DNA of 63,857 nt, filler included, from Choristocarpus tenellus KU-1152 (Eukaryota; Protista; Phaeophyceae), in the NCBI GenBank assembly GCA_964200185.2. It is 9 parts of 9 records of this genome, joined end to end, with 100 filler letters (N's around TTAATTAATTAA, not from the genome) between each part and the next. Parts side by side here need not be neighbours in the genome. Positions count along the whole stretch, not along the records: positions 31,840 to 53,735 come from CAXNAD020000318.1; 8 more parts are not named here. One strand, 5' to 3'. The position numbers were made by a program, and so were the translations under genes. Below, in pieces: positions 33,202-45,300 of the stretch. Every line of letters begins with the position of its first letter. Within the stretch, counting starts at the first letter, position 1. The notes under the pieces were generated by a model that was not told the origin of the DNA, did no database searches, and saw only the letters and a list, made by a program, of their open reading frames with translations.

Positions 33202-33380
33202 AACAGCCGATTTCAAAAATTGAGGATGGAGCTTTCATTGAGGATGGGCTAGACCCAAAATTGACTGGGATAAAGTGTCGATATGTTTTTAATGACAATA
33301 CAATCGACTCTTTATCCCAGTCAATTTTAGGTCAAGCCCATCCTCAATGAAAAGCTCCTCAATTTTTGAAATCGGCTGTT
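33202..33380. mobile_element. Foldback MITE family C, complete, TSD ACTT
   Basis: actt|AACAGCCGATTTCAAAAATTGAGG ... CTCAATTTTTGAAATCGGCTGTT|actt. Arms of about 80 bp are near-perfectly complementary. Confidence 0.92.
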
Positions 33381-33820
33381 ACTTGGGGACAATGGTGTAG
33401 GATACCTGGTAGTAAAATAGTAAATAGATTATAGAAAAAAAATGTTTGCATACTTACGAAGACAACTGTTACTTAATGAGGGGTTGTTCTGACATTTGAA
33501 TGTTTTTTCATTGATTGGTTTTTACCTTGACACATCTCCAAAATGTTAGAGGCTACCATAAAATATGTGAGTATATCAGTAGTAATAGTAGTACTAACTA
33601 CAAACAGATGGCATGTAGAATTGTTTTGAACGTTCGTCTGGGTTGGACGTTGGTTGGACTCAGATATTTGGTTGAATTAGAAATGGACTATTCGTCATTC
33701 TTCAACTTCAATCAATAATAAACAAATGAACTGATCTGTCGTAAGGTAGGGGGGTCTCATCAACCAATAAACCACCGATTTCGAATCTCTCCCCTCTCAA
33801 AACAAGTTCCACACTTCCAC

Positions 33821-36800
33821 ATGTTGACGATGTCATCTTCTCGAGAGGTGATGAAACAAACTCTGCAGAGGGCTTCATGCTGCCTGGAAGAGGTACACAA
33901 GCACTTAAATGATCCCTTTCTATCTACAGATATATACACATAATCCAAAATCACTCTCACCTCGCGAACTTCTCTTCCCAATCAAGGCCAACACCACACG
34001 TTCAAATGTCAAATATTTGTTGATACCCACTTTTGCAGGGTGCTCTGGACGAAGCAGGTACACTATGCTCCGCTATTTTGCAGAAATCCCCCCGAAATGT
34101 TCGAGCCTTGTATATCCTGGGTGCTGTAGAGCAACAAGTTGGACGAGGTGGCATGGCGCACTTGAGGATGGCATCACAGTTTCGCCCAGACCTACCTCAT
34201 CTACAGTATGCTATTGGAATCCTCCTCCAGAGAGGAGAGGAGCTACAAGATGCTCTTAAGTGTCATGAGTTGGCTGTCGCGGGCGAACCATCCAACGTGA
34301 AGTTCATTTTGGCCGGTAGGAGCTATGTGCGCCATTTCTTATTAGTCGATTACCAAAGCACTCTGAAAGTGACCCACTCATGTTACGACTGTCGCCCTGG
34401 TAGTACTGTGATTTACAGTGGAAGAAAAGGGCGTGTCGAAACCTACTTGTCCTGCTTGTGCATCTGCTCCTTAGGGTTTTGCCAACCGTCTCCTGTCAGT
34501 GAGACTTTCAAGACTGCCGCAGTAATTTGGAAATCACAACCTGAGAATGTTTACGAAAGGGTGGTTTGGCTAAGGGCTGGCTATTATGAGGACAAAATTT
34601 TATGCAGATACACATTTCAATCATGTGAGGAGGAACGCTGTATGCATGTACAATAGGATCGCTCGCGATATTTCTGTTCATCAATGCACTCCCTCGCGTA
34701 ACCATTGTGCCTCAGAAGCTTCGGTTCTTCGGAAGTTAGGGCGTGGAGGAGAAGCAACTGCCGCACTGGAGCGGGCCGTGGCCGTGACTGCCGCCTCTGC
34801 GACCAGTATCCCTTCACCTTCAACTTTAAATGCTTCTGGTGCAGTACCTTTCAAAGGCGATCATGGTGTAGCCACTATTGCTACCTCGGATCCTTCTCTC
34901 ACATTGGGTGCTATTGCAAGGTATAAGCTTGGCCAGCACCTGCGCTCCCTGGGCCAATTCGACCGTGCTGTTGAGGCTTACAGAGGGTGCCTATCAATGG
35001 ACCCTGGACACGTGTTGGCTGGATTCTGGCTTCCAGCCACACAAAGGTTGGTTGAAGGTGAGACTTCACATATGAAATACTGCAAGAAGGTGCAGGAGGT
35101 GCGGAAGGTGGATGAGAGGGGAGGAACTATTGTTCTCCTTGCTGTTTCGGTGATGCAGTCTGAGAAATCGTTTTCATTGTGATGGTCTCGATGGCCCCTT
35201 TGCAACATGTGGGAGTCATGATACTGGCAACTATCCTTCCTATCATGCAATAATCTTCCCCCCCTTTCCCCTCCCCATTGGCACACCTCAACACCTGCCT
35301 GTCTCACCATTCCACCACTTGTGACTATTCTTCCGCGAGCCCTCACACCCAATTCAACTGTCATTTCCATTATAGTCCTCCATTTGTCTGCCTGTATTGT
35401 GTCCCCGGTTCCCTCAGAGCAACAGCAGCTAGGCAATGGCAACGAGGTTGTGGCAAGAGGAACCAAATGCAGCGATCCAGGCATTGGTGCCATCGATGTA
35501 CAAGTACCCACACATCCCTCAATCCAAATGACTCCAACCACTCCCAGTTCCTGCCCCAGACATAACCCCACTGTGGTGCCACAATTGCCAGTTGTAGCTC
35601 CACCAGAGTATGTGGTGGGCCTGTATAATTCATATGCGAGCAACTTTGACACTCACCTGACAGTGTCCCTGGGCTATCGCACCCCGCAAGCGCTCAGGGG
35701 GGCTGTGGAGGCTGCTCTTCCTGGACGCAGGTCTGTGGGATAGGAGATGGGAGGGGTGCATAGTGAGAGGTGTCCCTTGCTTCAAACAAGTGATTTTTTC
35801 GCCTTTTCTCATTTAGTGAAGGGTTAGGGTTAAAGTGTAACATGAGTATGATTGCCTCTCCCTCTTGCGGCTTTGCCTGAATTATCATGTTCCCCATGCA
35901 ATGCCACCCCCCCCATAACTCATTGGATTCTTTCGTCCGCTCCTTGATACTTTATGCCATCTTCATGTCAAGGTGGATTCGCTGCCTCGATCTTGGTTGT
36001 GGCACTGGACTCTCTGGCCAGGCTGTTGTCTCCCTATGCCACCGCCTGATTGGGATTGATCTCAGCCCTGCCATGGTAGAGCGTGCTCGGGTGAAAGGCG
36101 TCTACCACCGCCTAATTGTAGGGGAGGTCACATCGATCGTACGGTCTCTCATCCATACTCAAGGGAAGGGCATTGGGTGGGACACACCTTGTGAAGGTGA
36201 GCAGGGGATGGACATGGAGAGAAGCACCAGGAGAAGCTGTAAGGCCAGGAGGAAGAAAGCAGGCGAGGGAGAGGAGGAAAACGATGGCGGGGGGATGGAG
36301 GAGGAGAAGAGAACTGAGGACGCAGGAGGTTTGGATGCAAGCAGTGATCTTTTCATCTCATGTGATGTTTTTGGGTATATCGGGGACCTTCAGCATTGCT
36401 TCGAGGCCTTGGAGCAGCTGGCGGTTGGCTCGACAGTGTTTGCTTTCTCAGCTGAGGCATTGTTCATGGTTGGTGAGGGTGGTGGTGAGTTTGAGGCAAG
36501 GGCGGAGGGTAAGGGAGGAGGTGAGGAAGGAAAATGGGAAGGAGTTCATCAAGAGGAATTGGCTACGACAGAGGGAGTGCCACCAGTAGCCACTCGGGTC
36601 ATCAACATTGAAAGCCAGGGGACATACGAGCTGCGGGGAACGGGCAGGTGACTATTCAATTAATTCCCTTTCCTCCTCTTGCTCACGGTTAGCATGTTCA
36701 TGAGTCTCGTTCCTCCCCATCCCCCTCTTCGTTGGCTAAGTGCCACTGAGTGCTTGACGTCCTTTGTTTGTGTCGATGGGCAACCTGAAAGTTACAGTTT

Positions 36801-37022
36801 TAGAAAATACTCTGTTCTGTGTAACACTTCCTTTTCTACCAAACGTGTTGTTCGTTGGCTTGTTGCAGGTTTGCACATAGTCGGAACTATCTAGAGAAGC
36901 TCTGCGCGGAAAATGGATTCCGGGTTTTGAGTGTAAGGACGGAAGTGCTTCGCAGGCAGGCAGGAAAGCCTGTGTGGGGTTATCTATTTGTTACAGAGAA
37001 GACAGGACATGAGATTGCGTGA
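33821..37022 (+). CDS. TPR-repeat plus class I SAM-dependent methyltransferase (COG4976-like), 6 exons
   Basis: Exons 33821-33892, 34039-34315, 34716-35057, 35418-35730, 35973-36647 and 36869-37022, all phase-compatible GT-AG. TPR helices, YNSYASNFDTHL..LGYRTP, CLDLGCGTG (motif I), GIDLSPAM, DVFGYIGDL, VFAFSAE and GRFAHSRNYL. Confidence 0.9.
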
Positions 37023-37580
37023 TTGGAAGGAGATTACTGTTGTGCGTTTATCCTCTTCAATCAACCTTATATGCACTATGAAGAACCCAGCTCTGGCTAG
37101 GTTGAAGTTCTTTCAAGTCCTGGCTGGGTCATGCCAGTTGCCTTACACCTATTTAATACTCAGTAGATGAATGAACATAGAGATAGGATAGATATGTCTT
37201 CCTGTTGCTTTACACTCAGCCACAAAAATGCAAGTTTTGATATTTTTTCCATTACTTCATGTTATCATCATTTGGGTTGCGAATGATCCCGAGCCATGGT
37301 CAGGGGCGCTACACACTACACCATTCATGCTGACTAGATGTTGCACTACAACTAATTGTAGTGCCCCCATTCCTGCCCTGCTTCTTTTGTGTTTGGGTTC
37401 AGCACCCCACCGCTCCTCCCTTCACCTCCTCCCTCAATTTTTTTCCGCCCCAAGTTTCCACCTTGATCTTAGTCTGACGTTTTTGTGGTAACACACAGAT
37501 AGGATTGTGCAGGTGTAAAATCCATTGTGCTTGCCACATAGAATAGCATTGCCTTGACCAGATTTCTGTGAAAAGAAGTC

Positions 37581-37655
37581 TGGCACTGAGGGGGTTTGAA
37601 CTCACTGAATCGATGCAGGCATCAGCCGCCCTATCCACTGAGCCTCGCGGATGCC
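37581..37655 (-). ncRNA. tRNA-like Pol III element (tRNA pseudogene or SINE head)
   Basis: 75 nt GGCATCC...AGTGCCA with A-box-like GGCTCAGTGG, B-box GAGTTCAAACC, partial acceptor stem and a downstream TTTT. No canonical anticodon arm. Confidence 0.65.
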
Positions 37656-38244
37656 ATACACTCCCTTCAATACATCGACACTGACTGCCCTTGTCTGAGG
37701 AAGACACCACCATGATAATTTAATTATTAGTTTAAAATTTGCGTGGAATGAATAGTTCTCCTGCACTGTGGGGCATATTGTACACTGCCACAGCAAAATA
37801 GATAGGCCTCTTTATTTGTACAGTGCAAATTGAAGACTACATCCCACCTTGCCCTGATGCATGCATGGTCGGAGGCACTACACGCTGCATTTCATCTCAC
37901 TAACTACTTAAGTACAAAACTACCTTCTGCACTACGCCCAATTTGACTTCCCCGTGTGTTCCTTGCACCCCACTGCTTGTCACTCTGCCTCATCCCTCAA
38001 AATCTTGTACAGTAGCCACCTCGCATTGCAATGAAGCCTTGCCACCATAGTACAGTTTTCCATGCTCTTTTTATGACATAGCAACACATAGATGGGTCCA
38101 CCATTGAGCTTTCCGCATGGTTTATTGAGAACCTGACCTCAACAGGGTTTAATTCCGCACTTTGCCATGACGGAAGGTGGTAGACTACAACAACTTATCG
38201 ATGCTGGTATTCTTGACAGATCCCGATGAGTCCGTCCACGACCA

Positions 38245-41200
38245 TCAGTTGTCATCAGTGTGAGCAGATTCCATAGCAAGTGATGCTGTTAGGCACATCG
38301 ACTTGATCACTGCTTTCTGTACCAAGGTGCAGAGAACAGGATTTTGCACCTTGTGAGCCACAGAGAGAGTATCGAGGAAAGAGATATAGGTGAATGCTAT
38401 GCCTTTTGGTGGTGGTTGGCTTAATGTATTTCTTAGAGGGTAGAGCAAGGCGGAAAATATGTAGATGACTAATGAGACATTGGGTTAGGTTGGGTAGGTA
38501 ATAGGGGGGCAAAGGTGGCATATGATAGACATCTTGGGCAAGTATATGCTAGCAGGTTTTAACACACAAAATGGAGGTAGAGTAGCCTCTAGTGTCCCCA
38601 TTGTGCCATTTTGTGAACAAGTTTGGAAATATTGAAGTACTTTGCGGTTTGTGTTGTGGTCAGCAAGGTTAGTATGGGTGCGAGTTATTCGTGGTTCATC
38701 TTTTCCGTGTGAAAGTAAGCTGTAAGATGTATTTTATTGATATTTCCTTGGTGCCACACTCTATTTCTATCAAAGTCATGTTTTGTGCTTTTTTTTTTGC
38801 GGCATTTGTGTATTTGTGCAAGCCTCTGCATGTGAGTCCATTAGTACTACTTGATACTGACACATTTCGTGCTTGGAAAGAGTAGAAAAGCATTTCTTAG
38901 GTACAAGTTTCCAGCCATATATTAGAAATACTTCATTTGCCATGGAACCAGGTGGAACAAGCACCAGTTGTTCACCATTGTTGTAATGTGGCTTTCACAT
39001 TCTCTTCAAAATAGAAGGAATTGGTTACAGACATGGTACAGAAAGTAACGTTCATGGTAAGCACTTGAAAATTGCTAATGCATGGTACATATTTCCCTTT
39101 TTGACTTAGCATCAGGGAGGAAATGTGAATGTGGAGGTGTATACTGGTTGTCATATCTGACCACCAACAAAAATATTGGAGTCAAAACAGAGGTTCAAAT
39201 TTGTAGAAGAATTTTTTTTTCAAGTTCTATACTTGTAAGTATAGTTCATGTCAACAAAAAATAAAGGTTACATTTTATGAAAAGATAGGCTGGATATGCA
39301 GAAACACGTGCCGTAGGCACACATTAACAATTTTGTGCGCCTATTTTTTGTGTACCGGAAGAGATAGCCATAGTATGATAGGATAACACCGCATGTCAAA
39401 TTGAGCCAACAAAATGCATGTGCCTAAAAACTCCCTCACCATCAAATTTGTTTGTCTTGTTGTTCTAACTTCTTTCATGTACATGTATTAGCATCGTAGT
39501 ATTCACAGTTATCCGGAAACATTGTTGATCTCCAACTGGGTCTAGAACTGTAGCTTCCAACACCATACCCTAGCTTCCAAGTATTGCATCTAAGGTCTGC
39601 AAACCGAGGTGAAAGGCAATGCTGTTGGGGTGGTCAGGCGGACTGTGAAACAGATGGAGAAATAGGAAGTCTCCTTAAGAAGGCATACTCTTCCAACCTT
39701 TCACCTGCATCCTTGCCATACCAACCCTGTCGAGGATGAAGAGGTGGCATGGCTCCACTGCAATTGCCCTGAGTGATTGCGGATGCTTGAGATAGAAGCC
39801 CATCTTGCCGAAGGTTCCACCAGCACACACCTTTCGCAGACGATGAGAACCTGACTCTGTTTGCACCTGTTGCTCAATGGTCATGGCACAAACACGGCGC
39901 GGCAAGAGGAGTATGAGTATATAAAGTAGATGAAGAGGAAGCAAAAGCAGATGGAACGTTGCTTCCTCTCTTGTTAATGTGATCAGGAAAATATATGATC
40001 ACTATGGCACAGTCTACCAGGTGGAGAGTGCGCGCTAAATGACACCCCTGAAGTATATTGTTACCAGTGAGGTCTGCATTAAAGTTTTTTTTTTTAATAT
40101 TTGAGCAATCAACCATAGCCCCCACACATAACACAGACACACTCTTCTTCCACTTGTGTGCTCTATGTAGACACATGAATCTGGTGCTGTACCTGCGTTT
40201 GAAGTACTACTCTACATAGGGTATGAAATACACCAATCAATCAATAGACAAGGACATATATTTCCCATCCATTTCCACCAATCAAAAATGTGAGGGCTCT
40301 TTTTCCTGTCAAACTCTGTGTGGTCCGTTCTCATAAATCAGTCATCGTCAACTGTGAGCAGCCATTTTTCAAGAGCAAAAGAGGAAGATGCCCCATCAAC
40401 TGAATCTGGGTGGAGAGTTAGGTGCACTTGTGCTTCAAAGTACATCTATCTTGTTCAGTGGAATATCGAAGCAAACAGTATCCAGCTTCAGTTTTTATGG
40501 TGATGCGAGCATAAACACCATGAGAAGCAACCCAGGCAGGATGACGAGTTCGTAAGTAAGAATGTTGGTGCTATCATCATGTAGTCGGTGTAATTGGCAG
40601 TGAAAGGTCGGATGGATATTATTTCATCACTATCATTTAAGTTCCCATGTGCATTTCTTGCACACAGTAGCAGCACACTGTCAAGTGAGGCAAGAGCTCT
40701 GATACTACTATGAGCTTTTTTGTGTAGTCAGTCGTACCAACAAGTCCATAATAGAGAACAGAAACAAACAGGTGAAACGTCTCCTCCCTCTAATATATCC
40801 TTAACAATTCAACACCACAAGCAAGGGTTGTGTTCCACATGGATGAATTCCTACCCTTGTGTAGACTCCCCCCCCCCCCCCCCCCCCCCTTTTTTTTTTT
40901 TTTTCCCTCCCCCCCCCTTTTTCCTTCCCTTCTTTTTCCAAANNNNNNNNNNCCCCCCCCCCAGATACTTTTGGTCTCTGTTCTCCTCCACCCTCTATAT
41001 CCTTTCCCATCTGATACAAAAATAAAATAAAATTGCCACAGATCTTCTGCATATATTCTCTATTAGATCCCCTTTCCCTCGAATCTCTCCACTCTGATAC
41101 AGAGGTTAACCATTCCCCTCTTGATTACCTACCCCTCTCCCTCACCCCCTACAACACCTGCAGCTCCACTGCACCTTTTGTGATGAAATAGAGCTTGTCT

Positions 41201-42318
41201 GATGCTTGGTTCTCATTCAGAAGAACCTCACCAGCATGTGAACACTTCTTCTGGAAGAACAGTTCAGCTCCTCCTAACATCCTTAGCATGCCTGGAGAGG
41301 CCTGATTCATGCAATAGAAGGGGACAGAATCCAAAGGGAAAGGGCACGATTCGTCCGTGAAAGGACGGCAGAGGAGGGGCAAGCTATCAAAGGGTTTAGG
41401 GTAGGAAATTGGTATCATTTCAATCTATAACCACTTGGTTCGTTCATCATGGCCATATTTCGTATGGAATACTGAGAAGGAGTGTTGATTTGAAGCTGGA
41501 GTGTTGGATTTATTGCAGTCCCATTGCAAGAAATTCAAGCACACCACTAGGGTCTGATGTATTGTGATGCATTGCTGATTTGAATTGGTGAATCATTGAT
41601 CATTTCACTCATTGTGATCAAATCTAGCCTGGTCAATATTCTGTCGTCCACTTTGCACTCAGAATACTGCTGGAGACGGAATATTCGAAGTATATTCCAG
41701 GTTGTTTAGAAACATAGCAACTAAGATGAATAGCACTACAAACTTGCTTCAACCTCTCACATCAATCAACTGGTCCTTCATAACATCAGCATGCGAACAA
41801 GATATTGGAAATGTTCAAACCCAAGTGGTACAACAAGTAGACGGTGTTGGTTGTACATCTATATCTTACAGAAGCATTTTTTCCCCCTTATGTCAAATAA
41901 TCATTGCTTTCTGCAAAAACTACAAGTTACTTGATGACTTTATAATTCCCCCTTTTGCAACCATAGCTTCAGTCTGAGCTACGACCAGGCCTGTTCATTC
42001 AAAGCTCTACTTGACTATTTCCCCTATCCCAACTACTCTCTTTCCTTTTTCTCAAGCAGTGTAGCCTTTGCCCCAGCTGTATACACCAACCCCAATCCCT
42101 CATCACCTTGTATCTATCCACTTCTAAGTAGTCCTCTAGAACGGACTGGAGGGTCCCGATATCCTCTTTCTCCATGCTTGTATCCATATCTTCTGGGTCT
42201 CCTGATGGGGGGTGGCATATTTGCAAGCTATGAGACTATGATATTTATATCGTGATCACAATTTGTACGTGGATGCTTATCTTAAATGAATCCCTTCACA
42301 GCCTGATACCCACCGTCC

Positions 42319-42363
<45 letters not shown>

Positions 42364-45300
42364 AGTGGCTTTCCCCAAAATTCACGTCTGCCTGCTTTCT
42401 TCATGGTTGCACACAGTCTCCACAGATCCACACAAATCCAAACCTTAGTGTCCACAGCCCTTGCTCACCTTCAAAACTAGATGAAGGACGCCTTCGAAGT
42501 GTGTTTGCCCTAGCATAGTAGGCTTCATGCTCCGCCATTTGGTGATACGAGTGTGTGTTCACTTTGCCGACCTCCTCAAGCAATATCCCATTTCCTTCAC
42601 CTTCACCATGGCCAGCACTATCCCCCCTTAGTTCTACCGCAGGAAGGGGGGGAACCTCAGAGTGGGTGCCAATAGTACCACTGCATGCTGGGTTGTAGCC
42701 TCTAGCATCATAGGAGTGGATGCTGTTGACTAAGGCTGATGGTGAGCTCAATGGTGGATCTAATCTATTGGGGTGTTTGCTGATGCATTGGTTGCTGTCA
42801 AGGGTGGCATTTAAGGCAGCAATATTGGTTTCTGAGAGAAAGCGCTCCTCTGACCATTCCAGGGCAGAGTCCAGACTGGAAAAAGACCGGTAAGGTGCAT
42901 GGGTTCAGTGGGGTGTGAACAGTATGTATGAGTGGATTGCAGGTGAGGGCATATGACAAGGTGAGAGATGGAGAGGGAATGCATGGTTGAGGTAGGAAGG
43001 GGGAAAGGCGTAGAGCTCTAGAGGTCAAGAAAAGATACTTCGCTGGTAGATGAGAGAGATAGGGATTTGATACACTAAATAAACCGTAAGAAGAGGAAAC
43101 CAGAACATGTCCCCATCATCCCGCCAACACTCCCACGACTTGTTCATGTAAAATTACCATTGCTGGATGGCAAACATGATGCTGGTTTTCACAAAATTGC
43201 TGTAGTACTCATAAGTTAATCCGTTCAAACATCAGTACCCCATTCAATTTCTCAGTTTTTTGTTGAGATTTTGAAGGTTGCTCTATCTTGGTATTGAAGA
43301 ATTAGGAGGAAGTTTAATGGGAACACAGGTGCCCAACGTTTGCAGGGGTTCCCTCGCTCATTTTGATTATTCTAACCCAAATCCTCACCCCAACCGCATC
43401 CCTAAAAATACAAAGTGAGTTGCCCCATTAAGCATGACACCTCTGTGCACTCTGAACCTCTCCCAATAAAACACGACCATAATTCTTGAGATGAAAAAAA
43501 AAATCCCTATTTTTCAAAACTTGGCTGTCATAAAAAAACGCACATACACACATCTGTTTTCTCAACCTCTCAAAAAATGGGTCTTCTAACCCTACCACCC
43601 CATGACCTCTCAGCACAGACAACACGTTTGGTCGAACACCAGCAAATGAGACTGCTACCCCATCCGCATGAAGAGTCCTCTTTAGCATTAGGAAGCAGGT
43701 CCTTGTTGCTGTAGAGTCTATGCCAACCTGAACGTTGCAGAGGAAGGTGGGACTGATATTGAGTGGAAGGCAGGGGGCGCAGGTAGAGTGGTGGGTGCTA
43801 CAATCGTAGTGTTCAGCAATTTGCTTGAGCTTGGAATTGTGGAAGGGGGACTTAAAACCAGCAGGTCATCAAGCAGGACGACACCTCATCTTTATACTTG
43901 TGGGGATTCACCTATGCACGTTGCTTGCACTTTGAAATCAGTGCTACCCACTGTTTCAAATAGGGCTGCATTGTGCCTCAGCACAGTCTCCCTTGGTCGG
44001 GAGCATTGAGCCTGCATGCCACTCTCACAGCCCTTGATTTACAATCCTCAGAGACAGATATGCTACTAACATGACACTCAAAAGATAACATATCTGTGTA
44101 CACAAGAAGGAATTCCACATGCTTAATCAGAAAAAGAAAATGAAAGGGTTATGAATTCGCCTGAGATGATTGACTTAGCATTAATTGGTCGAAGTTTGAG
44201 GCACACACGAATCCCAGTCAAGGTTTCAATTCACAAGTCAAAAATATGCAATCGAGTCAAGCTTTTTGGTCATCTGAAATGGAAGGAGCATTAAGAGGGC
44301 ATAAATATGTTTAGGTGGATATAATGCTTGCTGAGATATGCAACAATACGTTGCACAAGTATTCAGGTAGCATATTTCCATGATACATCCATTCCACTAC
44401 AACAACTGTATCGATTGCTGTAAAAGGTGGGATTTAGGTCAGGGCTACCGCTTGATCCCCTCACGCAAGAGACGAATATTAAGTTAAGGTTTACAACCTC
44501 TCTTGGGAGTTGGGAGTACATGAGGGGAATCCACTCCCTTGTAATACTGTTGACATATTTTGCACTGTCCTCACATATCCTTGTTAGACACATAGAGTTG
44601 AGTTGAGTGTAGTCAGTGGAAACAATGATTGATCTAATATATTACCACTAATAATTACAACAGGTATTTATCAATTAATGTTACAGTTGTCTTGATTGGA
44701 ACCTCACCACTTGGGAAAAGTCGAAAATCACTCTACGTGTCCGATCATCAGCGAAGCTCCTGTTCTGATCTCTGTGTTCAGTGCCCTCCAAGCCCTCTCT
44801 ATTCCTTTCCTCAGCTTCTGTCGCTCCTCTGTGGTCTCTCCCCTCGTCTGAAGCTCTTGCTCCCATCAACGAACCCACAGTAGGTATGACTGTAGTAACA
44901 CTAGCACCAGATTTTGCCTCTGATGGGTGAGGGGAGCTAGGGATTGATGAAGTGGATAACCCTGGTCCTAACTCTGGACTTGCCCACCTCTGAGGGAGAT
45001 TGTTGGTAAGTGAATTCAGGAAATGAAAGCAAACGAACAGGAATGGGGGCATGAGTTATATTAATACCAAAATGGTTGGGTGGAGTACTACGTTTGTTTC
45101 AGGAATATACTTCAACAGATACAAGGGAAGGCTACAACTTCCAAGAGGCCATTTTAGCTGCGCTCTTGGGTGCTTTCATTGTGGAAGAACAAAAATAGTG
45201 TTCGGTTGGGTAAAGCACAATGAGGTAGATGGACAGTGCACAAGCTCCACATCAAAGGGAAAATTAAATCACTGTGTTGAAGACAAATGTGTAATTGAGG

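Noticed and set aside
34978-35652. 224-aa minus-strand ORF (also antisense ORFs over RPT1, the ARM gene and the mariners)
   Set aside because: Shadow ORFs antisense to real exons or transposase sequence, with no motifs.
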